A stretch of 64,000 nucleotides of DNA from an uncultured Verrucomicrobiae bacterium (lineage in GTDB: Bacteria > Verrucomicrobiota > Verrucomicrobiia > Limisphaerales > Palsa-1400). The stretch covers positions 192,001 to 256,000 of the forward strand of contig CAVXRD010000002.1 in assembly GCA_963764165.1 (NCBI GenBank). Reading direction: 5' to 3'. The notes beneath the pieces were generated by a model. The model did no database searches. It was not told the DNA's origin and saw only the letters and a list, made by a program, of their open reading frames with translations. Positions 40,023-50,799 of this stretch are shown here, piece after piece (the stretch's first letter is position 1; each line of letters opens with the position of its first letter). Made by a program: the position numbers and the translations under genes.

Positions 40023-40096
40023 TGGCTGTCCGACATGGATTCGAACCATGACAAAAGCCTCCAAAGGGCCTTGTGCTACCGTTACACCATCGGACA
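40023..40096 (-). tRNA. tRNA-Gln(TTG)
   Basis: TGTCCGATGGTGTAACGGTAGCACAAGGCCC-TTTG-GAGGCTTTTGTCATGGTTCGAATCCATGTCGGACAGCCA; acceptor stem, T-loop and encoded CCA. Confidence 0.96.
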
Positions 40097-40328
40097 ATCT
40101 GCGCCCACGTTAACCCTTCCAGTCCCAACTGCAAATCCAAAATTATTGAAAAATAGTTGCATGGGGCGCAGGACAAAATTCTTCTGCTGCCGCGGTGGCA
40201 GAAGCGTCTCGCCTCTGTGGAAATGTGTCTTGACATCCTCCTGCAATAGCCCGATTGAACATTCAGGGAATTGATGTCGTCGATATAATGGTGGCGTTTT
40301 GCATGCGATTCTCTAAAGTACTTGTGGC

Positions 40329-41999
40329 ATGAACATCGAGCGGAGTCGTTGGTTCGGGGTTGCCTTGTGCATCGCCTTGGCGGGAGTGATGCTTTTGTGC
40401 GGCTGGCTTGTTCCCATGCATTTGCGGGCGGTGGACACCTCTGTCCTGCAGCGCGCGGGTGAAGGCCATCCGTCTCTCATTGATCGCGGCCTTTCTCTCG
40501 AACATGCCAACAATCCCGAAGCGGCCCGACTTGTCCTCGAAGCAGCCCAGGCCGAGAACATTCCGTGGACGGGAGAATTGGCCTCAACCTTGGCCGGACA
40601 TGCGGACACGGCGCCCATATTCCCCGGCGGCCCGGCGCTTTCGGCTTCCACCAATCTTACGTCGCAAATTATGCGTTTGGCAAATCGCGACAAGGTTTTC
40701 GCCTTCCTCGATGCCAACGGCTCGCCTGCTGTCCGCGAATTGCTGCGCACTCGGGAATTGACCAATACCGTCATTTTTACACCGTCAAGCGCGCCATCCG
40801 GCCAGGCCTTCGACGCGGCGGTGGCGATCACCGGCCTGCTGCTGTCTGATAACCAGCTTTCCTCGGGTTTGCGCGAGGCGATCATGGAACGGGCTGGCGC
40901 CGCCCGCAGCAGCGCGACAGCCCAGCCGCTGGAAGAAATCCTGATGGATTTAATGTCTCTCGGTCAGCGGTTCTCGTGGGGCCAATTGGCCGTGTTCGTT
41001 AATAATATTGGCGAGCCCAAGACGTTATCGATGTTGACCGAGGACGTTCGCAATGCGGGACCTAAATTGCCGGAATTATTTTCCGCCGTGGCGCTTTCGC
41101 AGCAGCCGGCGGGCGTATCGGCTTACTTGGCGCAATTCAGCAAGACGGGAATGGCGGATTTGGGTGGCAGCCTGCGTTATGGCGAGGGCGGCGTGAACGA
41201 GCTTTTGCAGCGGCAGCAGCGGCTTTTCCTTTCCGCAACACGTGAAAAGTGGACCTCATCCGGCCCGCTCGCGATGTTTTTCCGGGCCGGGACGGATTAC
41301 TCGCTTCACCAGATGTGGTTCGCGCTGGCGGTGAAATGGTTTTTTTATGTTTCGGGCGGTTTTCTGCTGGCGGCCGCCCTTCATTGGATGCGGCCCGCCC
41401 CCGTGGAAATGGAGGAATCGCCGCGCCCGCTGGGCTACGGCCTCGTCCGGGAAATATTCTTTGCCGTTGGGTTTTTGCTTGTGGTCCTGCTCGTGAGCGA
41501 GCCGTATCTCGCCCAGGACAGCCAGAAGGCGGAGTTCGCCTTCCGGCTGCGCCTGCCCCTGACAGGCGCTGTGGCCTCAAGCATATTGCCCCTCGTCAAA
41601 TCGAAACTTATGAATACACGAAGTTTGTTAACCATGCTGCTGTTCTTTGTCTTGCAGGGGCTGCTTTATTGCGCCTCGCTGGCGAAGTTGAAGGAAATCC
41701 TGCGCCAAAGAGTCCCGGCTCGGATGCAATTGCGCCTGCTCGATAACGAAGAACATCTGTTCGACGGCGGTCTCTATTTGGGCTTCGTCGGCACGATCAT
41801 TTGTTTGATTCTCGTGTCGCTGGGCATCATTACGCAAAGCGTGATGGCGGCCTATTCGTCGACTTCGTTTGGCGTCATCTTTGTCTTTATCTTCAAGATC
41901 TTCAATCTGCGCCCGGTCCGGCGCAAATTGCTGATTGCGGCGGAATCCGCGCCGCTGGTGGTTGAAACACCCGTCGCCTCCAAACTGACCACCGCATGA
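40329..41999 (+). CDS. Membrane protein with C-terminal MotA/TolQ/ExbB-like helices
   Basis: Several TMs; LYLGFVGTI and AAYSSTSFGVI resemble the ExbB/MotA pore helices. Confidence 0.6.
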   Translation: MNIERSRWFGVALCIALAGVMLLCGWLVPMHLRAVDTSVLQRAGEGHPSLIDRGLSLEHANNPEAARLVLEAAQAENIPWTGELASTLAGHADTAPIFPGGPALSASTNLTSQIMRLANRDKVFAFLDANGSPAVRELLRTRELTNTVIFTPSSAPSGQAFDAAVAITGLLLSDNQLSSGLREAIMERAGAARSSATAQPLEEILMDLMSLGQRFSWGQLAVFVNNIGEPKTLSMLTEDVRNAGPKLPELFSAVALSQQPAGVSAYLAQFSKTGMADLGGSLRYGEGGVNELLQRQQRLFLSATREKWTSSGPLAMFFRAGTDYSLHQMWFALAVKWFFYVSGGFLLAAALHWMRPAPVEMEESPRPLGYGLVREIFFAVGFLLVVLLVSEPYLAQDSQKAEFAFRLRLPLTGAVASSILPLVKSKLMNTRSLLTMLLFFVLQGLLYCASLAKLKEILRQRVPARMQLRLLDNEEHLFDGGLYLGFVGTIICLILVSLGIITQSVMAAYSSTSFGVIFVFIFKIFNLRPVRRKLLIAAESAPLVVETPVASKLTTA

Positions 42000-43421
42000 A
42001 CCGAAGCATTCTCATCGTCCTCTGCGATTTTCTGTTGCTGACGCTGCTGACGTTTTCGAGCCTGGACATGAACCAGGCGCCGAAAAACAACGCGGTCGAA
42101 ACCACGGAAACAGTCGCGAGCAACAAAATCAGCCAGGCTTCCGGGAAACAGGATCTCGGCGAGGCGATGCGCATGGCGCTGGACGAAGAGCGGCGCAATC
42201 GCGATCAGTTGACAGGCGAATTGAACCGCACACGGGCGGTGATTTCTGAGCAAGGGCAGCAAATCGAAAATGTTCGCGCGCAATTGCAAACGAAAGAGCA
42301 GCAGGCGGCCAAATTGGCGGAGGAACAGGCGGCGCTGCAGTCTCAGGTACACTGCCGCCCAAACCAATATTTCCGCGCTGAACGAACGCTTGCATGCGTC
42401 GACAGTCGACAACGTCATCACCAAGGAACAGCGCGCCGCCATGGAAGCCGAAGCCCGCAAGGTATCGGAAAAAGCGGCCGAGTTGGAAAAGCAACTGGCG
42501 GATTTAAGGAACAGCAATCAGACGATGCAGAGCGATCGGAGCGCCTTGCAAAATCAACTGCAAATGAGCGAGGCCTCAAACCGCTCCGCGCTGGCGCAAA
42601 TGACGCAGTTGCAAGAGGAAGTCGAAGCCCAGCGGCGCGAGAATTCCCGCTTGGCCGAGGGTGTCAAAGCGCTGGCCGTGAAATCCTCGGAATTGGCGCA
42701 TGAAATCCACGACAACCGCCCGCTCACGCCCAACATGATTTTTGACGAGATGCTGACCAATCGGGTTGCCGCCACTTTCAACGGAGTGCGCCCTGGAATT
42801 TTTGGAACGGATTCGGCCAAAGCGCGAACGGCGCAAATTATTCTTGTCACGGACGAAACCAATACGGTCGCTCTCTGCCACGTCACGGATACGCCCTTGA
42901 CGCTTTATAATCCGGGCACGCAATGGGAGCAGTTGACCGGCACCCTGGCGCACGGGCCGGCCACCATCCCGATTGGCTCGATCTCGTTCTGCATGCTCGA
43001 TCCTCGTGTCACGTTTATTCCATTGCAGGAGGCGCAGGCGAAGGCGCTGGGCTGCAAAGTGTATCACCTCGCCAAGAATCCGTATGTATTCCAGGACGCG
43101 GTGGTGGTCGCCACGCGCGGTGACTATTACGGGCAATGCAAATTCCAGATCGACGTCTCGACTCCGCAATACCTGAAGATGGATCACAATTCATTGAAGG
43201 GCTTGTTTGGAAAATTCAATCCGTCGGCGGGAGATTTGGTGCTAAGCAACACGGGCGAACTGCTTGGCGTCATGGCGAACAATAGTTACTGCGCCATGCT
43301 GCGGGATTTCAATGCCATCGCGAGTTTCCGTTTCGGCCCCGACAGCCGCAATCAGCAGACGGCAAAAACACTGGCGGGCCTTTCCGACGTGCTGCAGGCG
43401 ATGCCCTTTAAATTGCAGTAA
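41996..43421 (+). CDS. Single-pass membrane protein (TM Asp, long coiled coil, C-terminal globular domain), split by a frameshift at ~42346
   Basis: MNRSILIVLCDFLLLTLL; ATGA overlap with the upstream gene; deleting one G in tctcaGGtac gives continuous LQSQYTAAQT. Confidence 0.75.
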
Positions 43422-43430
43422 GCGCCGTCC

Positions 43431-43503
43431 CATCATTCCCGCAACTCCCATTATTCCCATTCTTCTCAGGGCGATGGGAATAATGGGAGCTATGGGAATG
43501 ATG
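43431..43503. repeat. Long hairpin of ~9-bp periodic TCCCAT arms
   Basis: catcattccc-gcaa-ctcccattattcccat ... atgggaataatgggag-ctat-gggaatgatg. Confidence 0.8.
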
Positions 43504-43537
43504 CGGCCCTGCTTCGCCGAGGGCCGCCTTATTTTTT
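43503..43537 (+). terminator. Candidate intrinsic terminator
   Basis: gcggccct-9 nt-agggccgc followed by cttatttttt. Confidence 0.5.
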
Positions 43538-43641
43538 CCATTTAATTTGTCACCGGGACTCTTTTGCCGTAATGTTGGGCTTGGATTTTGCGGTTCGGTT
43601 TCACTTGCGGACTTTGTCGTTAGCCTATTGAATTGCTTAAC

Positions 43642-46383
43642 ATGGAAGCGGTAAAAACGAGAGATACTATTAAACCTTCACCCGCGCCGTCTGAAGACGA
43701 CGCTCCCGCACCGTCGGCGCACCCGGCGGCGGCTCCTCGTGACTGGCTCCAGTCGCTGGAGGACGTGGTCGAAGCGATTCTCAAAACGCAGGGCCGCGAA
43801 AAAGCGGCCGCGATGATGGCCCGCCTGACGGACCGCCTCCGTGCCGGCGGCATGGACGTGCCGGTGCCGGTGAGCACGCCTTATGTGAACACCATCCCGC
43901 CCGAGAATCAGCCAGAGTATCCGGGCAATCGCGAACTCGAGCGCCGCATCAAGAGCCTGGCCCGCTGGAACGCCATGGCCATGGTCGTCAACGCCAACCA
44001 CGGCGATGCTGGCGTGGGGGGACATATCTCGAGTTATGCTTCGATGGCCACGCTTTACGAGGTCGCCTACAACCATTTCTTTCGCGGCGCGGAAGGCCGC
44101 GGATTGGCGGACCTGATTTATTTCCAAGGCCACACGACGCCGGGAAATTACGCCCGCGCTTTTCTCGAATATCGCCTCGACGAGGGATTGCTGCACAACT
44201 TCCGCAATGAGTTGGCGGATGGCGGCGGCCTTTCATCCTATCCGCATCCGTATTTGATGCCGGATTTTTGGCAATTTCCGACCGTCTCGATGGGACTGGG
44301 CCCGATCATGTCAATTTACCAGGCGCGCTTCATGCGCTATCTCAGCGCGCGCGGATTCATCAAACGCGAGCTGGAACCCCGTGTATGGTCTTACGTCGGC
44401 GACGGCGAATCCGATGAGCCCGAGACGCTCGGCTCCATCGCGATGGCCGCGCGCGAGAAACTCGACAACCTCATTTGGACGGTCAATTGCAATTTGCAGC
44501 GCCTCGACGGTCCGGTTCGGGGCAACGGCAAAATCATCCAGGAATTGGAAGGCGTTTTCCGCGGCGCGGGCTGGAATGTCATCAAAGTCATTTGGGGCTC
44601 CGAGTGGGATGAGTTGCTGGCGGCGGATACGACCGGACTTCTTGTCAAACGCATGGGTGAAGCTGTGGATGGCGATTATCAGGAATACACCGTCCAGACT
44701 GGCAGCTATATTCGCAGTCATTTCTTCGGCAAATATCCCGAGTTGCGCCGGTTGGTCGATCACTTGACAGACAACCAGCTTACGCGCCTCGTGCGCGGCG
44801 GACACGACCCCCGAAAAGTCTTCGCTGCCTACAAAGCCGCCTTGGAGCACAAAGGCGCGCCGACGGTCATCCTCGCCAAGACGGTCAAGGGCTACGGCCT
44901 CGGCGAAGCGGGCGAAGGCCGCAACATCTCGCATCAGCAGAAGAAGATGAACGAGAAGGAACTCCGCGAATTCCGCGCGCGTTTCGATATTCCGATCAGC
45001 TCCGACGACGTGGTGGAGACGCCATTTTATCGGCCCGCCAAGGATTCGCCGGAAACAAAATATCTTTTGCAGCGCCGCAAGGAACTCGGCGGCTTTGTTC
45101 CGAAGCGCGTCGTCAACGCGCCGCCCCTTCAAACGCCGCGCATCGAGTCGATGCCGGATTTGATCAAGGGAACGGGCTCTGGCGGAGCTTCGACGACGAA
45201 GAGCTTCGTCCGCTTGCTTTCCACCGTTCTTCGTGACAAGGCGGTGGGAAAACATATCGTTCCGATTATCCCCGACGAAGCGCGAACCTTCGGCATCGAT
45301 CCCTTATTCCGCGAAGTTGGCATTTATTCCTCGAAGGGCCAGCTTTACGAGCCAGTCGACAAGAAAGGCATGAGCTATTATCGAGAAGCCGTGGACGGGC
45401 AGATTCTCGAAGAAGGCATCACGGAAGCGGGCTCGATGGCTTCATTTGTGGCGGCGGGAACGGCTTACTCGAATTACGCGGTAAACATGATCCCGATGTA
45501 TGTGTACTATTCGATGTTCGGCCCGCAGCGCGTCGGCGACCAAATCTGGCTGGCGGCGGACAGCAAGGCGAAAGGCTTTTTGCTGGGCGCGACTTCCGGG
45601 CGCACAACATTGAACGGCGAAGGCTTGCAGCATCAAGACGGCCACAGCCCGCTGGTGGCGGGGACGGTGCCGACGCTTTATGCCTACGACCCGGCGTTCG
45701 CTTACGAACTCGCTGTTGTTATTTGCGACGGCATGCGCCGCATGTTCGAAGAGGGCGAGGAGATTTTCTATTACATCTGCCTCTACAACGAAGATTATCC
45801 GATGCCGACGATGCCCGCGGGCGCCGAGGACGGAATCATCAAGGGCCTCTACAAGTTCAAGCACGGCGCGGAAGGTTTGAAGCACAAGGCGCAGATTTTC
45901 GGCAGCGGCAGCATTATGCAATCCGCGTTGAACGCGCAGGCCATTCTCGCCAAGAACTACGACGTTTCCGCCGATGTCTGGAGTGCGACCAGCTACAAAA
46001 ATCTTCGCAACGAAGCGCTGCTGGCGGAGCGTTGGAATCTTTTGCACCCGATGGATGAGCCGAAAAAGCCCTACGTCCAGCAATTGCTGGAAAATGAAAA
46101 AGGGCCGTTCATCGCCGTGTCCGATTACATGAAAATTGTGCCCGACCAGATTTCCAAATGGGTTCCGGGCGGATTGACCACTCTTGGCACCGACGGGTTT
46201 GGCCGCAGCGATACGCGCCGCCGTTTGCGCCGGTTCTTCGAAATCGACACGGAATGTGTGGTCGTCGCCACGCTTTATTCGCTCGCGCAACGCGGCGAAA
46301 TCGACCGAAAAGTCGTGGCCCAAGCCATAAAAGACTTGAACATCGATCCAGAAAAGGGCTTTCCTCAACTCGTTGCTTTTTAA
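43642..46383 (+). CDS. aceE: Pyruvate dehydrogenase E1, homodimeric type
   Basis: TPYVNTIP, GGHISSYAS, LSSYPHP, GDGESDEPE, NCNLQRLDGPVRGN, GEGLQHQDG. Confidence 0.97.
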   Translation: MEAVKTRDTIKPSPAPSEDDAPAPSAHPAAAPRDWLQSLEDVVEAILKTQGREKAAAMMARLTDRLRAGGMDVPVPVSTPYVNTIPPENQPEYPGNRELERRIKSLARWNAMAMVVNANHGDAGVGGHISSYASMATLYEVAYNHFFRGAEGRGLADLIYFQGHTTPGNYARAFLEYRLDEGLLHNFRNELADGGGLSSYPHPYLMPDFWQFPTVSMGLGPIMSIYQARFMRYLSARGFIKRELEPRVWSYVGDGESDEPETLGSIAMAAREKLDNLIWTVNCNLQRLDGPVRGNGKIIQELEGVFRGAGWNVIKVIWGSEWDELLAADTTGLLVKRMGEAVDGDYQEYTVQTGSYIRSHFFGKYPELRRLVDHLTDNQLTRLVRGGHDPRKVFAAYKAALEHKGAPTVILAKTVKGYGLGEAGEGRNISHQQKKMNEKELREFRARFDIPISSDDVVETPFYRPAKDSPETKYLLQRRKELGGFVPKRVVNAPPLQTPRIESMPDLIKGTGSGGASTTKSFVRLLSTVLRDKAVGKHIVPIIPDEARTFGIDPLFREVGIYSSKGQLYEPVDKKGMSYYREAVDGQILEEGITEAGSMASFVAAGTAYSNYAVNMIPMYVYYSMFGPQRVGDQIWLAADSKAKGFLLGATSGRTTLNGEGLQHQDGHSPLVAGTVPTLYAYDPAFAYELAVVICDGMRRMFEEGEEIFYYICLYNEDYPMPTMPAGAEDGIIKGLYKFKHGAEGLKHKAQIFGSGSIMQSALNAQAILAKNYDVSADVWSATSYKNLRNEALLAERWNLLHPMDEPKKPYVQQLLENEKGPFIAVSDYMKIVPDQISKWVPGGLTTLGTDGFGRSDTRRRLRRFFEIDTECVVVATLYSLAQRGEIDRKVVAQAIKDLNIDPEKGFPQLVAF

Positions 46384-46392
46384 TTTTATTCT

Positions 46393-47706
46393 ATGGATTT
46401 GAAATTACCTCCGTTGGGTGAAGGGGTGGACTCTGGAAGTGTCGTCGGAATTCTCGTGCGGGAAGGCGATACCGTGGCCAAGGGACAGGGCATCATTGAA
46501 TTGGAAACCGGCAAAGCGGTTGCCCCCGTGCCTTCGCCCGCTGCGGGCAAGGTGACGAAAATTCTCGTCTCTGTCGGCGACAAGATTTCTGTCGGCCAAC
46601 CAATTCTCTCCATCGAAGGCGGGGCTGCTGCTCCGGCGAAAGGTGGAAGCGCGCCTGCGCCCGCTGCCAAAAGCGGTGCGCCGCGGCCGGCCCGGGCCAC
46701 CGCTCCTGCGCGCGCTGAAGCTGCCCCGGAACCAGAAGAATACGTGGAGGAAGAGCCAGGGGATGATTCTGCTGTTCCCGCCGCTTCGCCAACCATTCGG
46801 CGCATTGCGCGCGAATTGGGAATTGATTTGCGCCGCATACACGGCAGCGAAGATGGCGGCCGCATCGTCATGGACGATTTGCGCGCTTACGTCCAGCGTT
46901 TGCAACGCCGCGCCGCCGCGCCCGCTCCTGCGGCCGTCGTGGTGCAATCCGCGCCCGCGAAGCCGAAAGGCCCGCGCATTGATTTCACCAAGTGGGGTTC
47001 GGTCACGAAGAAGCCGATGACGGGATTGCGCAAGGCCATCGCCGAGCAAATGACCAACAGTTGGCAGAACACGCCGCGCGTCACGCAATTTGACGAGGCG
47101 GACATCACCGCGCTCAACGACTTGCGCAAAAAATACGCCGAAGGTTACGACAAGAAAGGCGCGCGCCTGACGTTGACTTCGTTCGCCCTTAAAATCGTGG
47201 CGACCGCGCTAAAGGCGCACCCGGTGTTCAACACCAGCCTCGACGAAGAAACGGACGATATTATTTACAAGGAATATTATCACATCAGCCTCGCGGTCGA
47301 TACCGACCAGGGCTTGATTGTGCCCGTGCTGCGCGATGTCGATAAGAAGAACTTGCTCGCGCTCTCCAAGGAGATGAACGAAATCGCCGCCAAGACGCGT
47401 GACCGCAAAATCACTTTGGAAGAGATGCAGGGCGGATGCTTCACCATTTCCAACCAGGGCGGCGTCGGCGGCGGACATTTCACGCCGGTCATCAATCGCC
47501 CGGAAACAGCCATCCTGGGAATCGGCCGTGGTTCGCTCAAGGCCGTCGTGCGCGACGGAAAAATCGAGCCGCGCCTGATGCTGCCCCTGGCTTTGGCCTA
47601 TGACCATCGGGTGATCGACGGCGGCGCTGCTGTCCGCTTCATGCTCGATCTGGTCAAGGGCTTCGAAACTTTCGACGAAAAACTGCTCGTTACAACGGAA
47701 AGCTGA
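46393..47706 (+). CDS. aceF: Dihydrolipoamide acetyltransferase E2 (single lipoyl domain)
   Basis: ELETGKA lipoyl motif, ASPTIRRIARELG, YDHRVIDGG. Confidence 0.93.
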   Translation: MDLKLPPLGEGVDSGSVVGILVREGDTVAKGQGIIELETGKAVAPVPSPAAGKVTKILVSVGDKISVGQPILSIEGGAAAPAKGGSAPAPAAKSGAPRPARATAPARAEAAPEPEEYVEEEPGDDSAVPAASPTIRRIARELGIDLRRIHGSEDGGRIVMDDLRAYVQRLQRRAAAPAPAAVVVQSAPAKPKGPRIDFTKWGSVTKKPMTGLRKAIAEQMTNSWQNTPRVTQFDEADITALNDLRKKYAEGYDKKGARLTLTSFALKIVATALKAHPVFNTSLDEETDDIIYKEYYHISLAVDTDQGLIVPVLRDVDKKNLLALSKEMNEIAAKTRDRKITLEEMQGGCFTISNQGGVGGGHFTPVINRPETAILGIGRGSLKAVVRDGKIEPRLMLPLALAYDHRVIDGGAAVRFMLDLVKGFETFDEKLLVTTES

Positions 47707-47713
47707 TTTAATC

Positions 47714-49138
47714 GTGGACTCAATTCAAACTGAAGTGGTGGTGCTGGGCGCCGGGCCGGGCGGATATGCCGCGGCATTTTTCGCGGCGGACATGGGCATG
47801 AAGGTTATTCTCGTGGAGATGGATAAGCGGCTCGGTGGCGTATGCCTGAATCGCGGCTGCATTCCTTCCAAGGCATTGCTTTATGCGTCGAAGCTGATTG
47901 TTGAAACTCGGGAATCGGCTCATCGCGGCATTTCGTTTGGTCCCGCTCAAATCGAACTGGACAAACTTCGTGCCTGGAAAAATGGTATTATTGACAAACT
48001 TTCCGGCGGTGTCGGTTTTCTGGCCAAAAAGCGCGGCGTTCGGGTGATGACGGGCCGCGGGTATTTTGAAGGCTCGCAATTGCTGCGGGTCGAAACTTCG
48101 GAGGGCCAGCAATTCATCACTTACGAAAAGTGCATTATTGCCGTTGGTTCCAAGGCGGCGCTGCCGAAGGTATTTGATCTCGGAAATCCGCGCATCATGA
48201 CTTCGACCGAGGCTCTGGAAGTTGAAGAAATTCCTCAGGATTTGCTGGTGGTCGGAGGCGGCTACATCGGAATGGAATTGGGCAGCGTTTACGCCAACCT
48301 CGGCAGCAAAGTCGTCGTAGTCGAAGCGCTGGCTGGCATTCTGGCGGGCGCGGATCCCGATCTCGTCCGCCCTGTTTTGCAATACGCGCAGAAGAGTTTT
48401 CGCGAGCTTCGCTTCAACACGAAGGTCACGCAGATGTCCTCCAAGGGGAGCAAAATTCGCGTCGTCACGGAAGGCCCCGACAAGGTCGAGAAGGAAGAGC
48501 TTTACGACCGCGTGCTGGTTTCCGTCGGCCGCGTGCCGCGTTTTCACGACCTTGGTTTGGAAAACACCAAGATCGAACAGGACGAGCGCGGCTTCATCCG
48601 TGTCAACGAGAAAATGGAGACGAACGATCCGTCACTGCTGGCCATTGGCGACATTGCGGGCGGAGTTCTCCTCGCGCACAAAGCCTCAAAGGAAGCGCGC
48701 ATCGCCGTCGAAACGATTTTGGGTGAACATGCCACTTCGGCGGGCGTGATTATTCCCGCGGTGGTTTTCACTGATCCGGAATTGGCCTGGTGCGGTGTGA
48801 CGGAAGCTGAAGCGCGCGCGAAAGGGCTGGAATTTGAAGTGGCAAAATTCCCGTGGGGCGCCTCTGGACGAGCATTGACTTACGATCGAACGGATGGGCT
48901 GACCAAGCTGATTATTGACGTCGCAACGGAGCGCGTTATTGGGGTCGGAATGGTTGGGCATGGAGCCGGGGAATTGATTGCCGAGGGCGTGGTCGCCATC
49001 GAAATGGGCGCCACCGTTCGCGATCTGGCCGAGAGCGTTCATCCGCACCCGACTCTTTCCGAGACGATTATGGAAGCCGCGGAAGTCTATTACGGCGTCG
49101 CGACCCATACGTTCTCGCCCCGCAAGAAGGAAGAATAG
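47714..49138 (+). CDS. lpdA: Dihydrolipoamide dehydrogenase
   Basis: GAGPGGY, GGVCLNRGCIPSK, GGGYIG, HPHPTLSE. Confidence 0.97.
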   Translation: MDSIQTEVVVLGAGPGGYAAAFFAADMGMKVILVEMDKRLGGVCLNRGCIPSKALLYASKLIVETRESAHRGISFGPAQIELDKLRAWKNGIIDKLSGGVGFLAKKRGVRVMTGRGYFEGSQLLRVETSEGQQFITYEKCIIAVGSKAALPKVFDLGNPRIMTSTEALEVEEIPQDLLVVGGGYIGMELGSVYANLGSKVVVVEALAGILAGADPDLVRPVLQYAQKSFRELRFNTKVTQMSSKGSKIRVVTEGPDKVEKEELYDRVLVSVGRVPRFHDLGLENTKIEQDERGFIRVNEKMETNDPSLLAIGDIAGGVLLAHKASKEARIAVETILGEHATSAGVIIPAVVFTDPELAWCGVTEAEARAKGLEFEVAKFPWGASGRALTYDRTDGLTKLIIDVATERVIGVGMVGHGAGELIAEGVVAIEMGATVRDLAESVHPHPTLSETIMEAAEVYYGVATHTFSPRKKEE

Positions 49139-49203
49139 CCGGAACCTCTGCGCGAGGCTCCGACACCCGACCGGCGGCGCGGCCAAATGGCGCAGTCCTG
49201 AAC

Positions 49204-50796
49204 ATGGATATTTCCAGTGAAATCCAGAAACGGCGCACCTTTGCCATCATCTCTCACCCCGACGCGGGAAAGACGACGCTGACCGAGAAGCTCCTGCTTT
49301 ATGGCGGCGCCGTGCAACTGGCCGGCTCTGTCACCGCGCGCAAGCACCAGCGCGCCACAACTTCAGACTGGATGGAATTGGAGCGCAAGCGCGGCATCTC
49401 GATCAGTTCCACCGTGCTGCAATTTGATTACGCGGGCTGCCGCATCAATCTTCTTGACACTCCCGGCCACAAGGATTTCTCCGAGGACACGTATCGCGTG
49501 CTCACGGCAGTCGATGCGGTGGTGATGGTGATTGACTCCGGCAAAGGCATCGAAAGCCAGACTCTGAAACTTTTCGAAGTGTGCCGCCGCCGCGGCGTGC
49601 CGATCTTCACGTTCATGAACAAATGCGATCGTCCGATGAAGGCCCCGCTTTCGCTGCTGGACGAGCTGGAGAAGGTGCTGGGCATTGGCGCATTCCCGGT
49701 CAATTGGCCCATCGGCACCGGCTTTGAATTTCAAGGCGTCTACGACCGTCCGAACCGTCAGGTCCATCTTTTCGAACGCACAACCGGCGGCCAATATCGC
49801 GCGCCCGAGTCCGTCGGCGGCTTTGATGATCCGCTCATTCGCAACCGGCTTCCAGAGGACACGTTTGCCAAAATTTCCGAGGAATTGGAAATGCTTGAGA
49901 TCGCTGGAGAAACGCTTTCGTCCGAAGCCGTGCTGGCTGGAAAAATCACTCCGGTATTTTTTGGAAGCGGCTCGAATAATTTCGGCGTGCAATTGTTGCT
50001 GGATTATTTCCTGGCCCAAGCGCCGCCTCCCAAAGCGCATATCCTCGCTGATAGAGAAATCGCCCCTGATAGCTCAGATTTTTCCGGATTCATTTTTAAA
50101 ATTCAGGCCAACATGGATCCGCGCCATCGCGACCGCATTGCTTTCGTGCGCGTCTGCTCTGGAAAATTCGAGCGCGACATGGCTGTGATGCACCCGAGGA
50201 CCGGCAAGAAGATTCGGCTTTCCAGCTCGCACAAATTATTCGGCAACGAACGCGAGACAATCGACGAAGCTTACCCCGGCGACATCATTGGATTGGTCGG
50301 GCACGCGGACTTCCGAATCGGCGACACGCTGACGACGGATCCGAGCATTGTATACGACGAAATTCCGCGGTTTACGCCGGAAGCGTTCGCCTGGCTGCAA
50401 AATCCCAACACGGCCAAATACAAACAATTTCGCACCGGCCTCGACCAATTGCTGCAAGAAGGCGTGATCCAGGCGCTGACCCTGCGCGAGGCCTCTGGCA
50501 AAGGATCGCTGCTGGCGGCAGTCGGGCCCCTTCAATTTGAAGTGGTGCAGTTTCGCCTCGAAAGCGAATACGGCGCAACCTCGCGCCTCGAGGCAGCCCC
50601 GTGGACGGTCGTGCGCTGGCTGCCGCCGGGAATCACCGAACCGGAACTCGATGCGCTCTCGCTGCCAACGGGCTCGCGCCTCGGTTACGACATGGGCAAG
50701 AATCCTGTCATCCTTTTCTCCAACGATTGGTCCGCCAGCTATTTCGCGCAAACCAACTCGAAGATACAACTGTCCTCTTTGCCTCTTGGCCGATAG
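49204..50796 (+). CDS. prfC: Peptide chain release factor 3
   Basis: RRTFAIISHPDAGKTT, SDWMELE, DTPGH.DFSEDTYR, KIQANMDPRHRDRIAF. Confidence 0.97.
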   Translation: MDISSEIQKRRTFAIISHPDAGKTTLTEKLLLYGGAVQLAGSVTARKHQRATTSDWMELERKRGISISSTVLQFDYAGCRINLLDTPGHKDFSEDTYRVLTAVDAVVMVIDSGKGIESQTLKLFEVCRRRGVPIFTFMNKCDRPMKAPLSLLDELEKVLGIGAFPVNWPIGTGFEFQGVYDRPNRQVHLFERTTGGQYRAPESVGGFDDPLIRNRLPEDTFAKISEELEMLEIAGETLSSEAVLAGKITPVFFGSGSNNFGVQLLLDYFLAQAPPPKAHILADREIAPDSSDFSGFIFKIQANMDPRHRDRIAFVRVCSGKFERDMAVMHPRTGKKIRLSSSHKLFGNERETIDEAYPGDIIGLVGHADFRIGDTLTTDPSIVYDEIPRFTPEAFAWLQNPNTAKYKQFRTGLDQLLQEGVIQALTLREASGKGSLLAAVGPLQFEVVQFRLESEYGATSRLEAAPWTVVRWLPPGITEPELDALSLPTGSRLGYDMGKNPVILFSNDWSASYFAQTNSKIQLSSLPLGR

Positions 50797-50799
50797 GCG

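Noticed and set aside
40023..40330. Integrative element at tRNA-Gln
   Set aside because: No integrase and no duplicated tRNA 3' end seen; the flanks are housekeeping-type genes.
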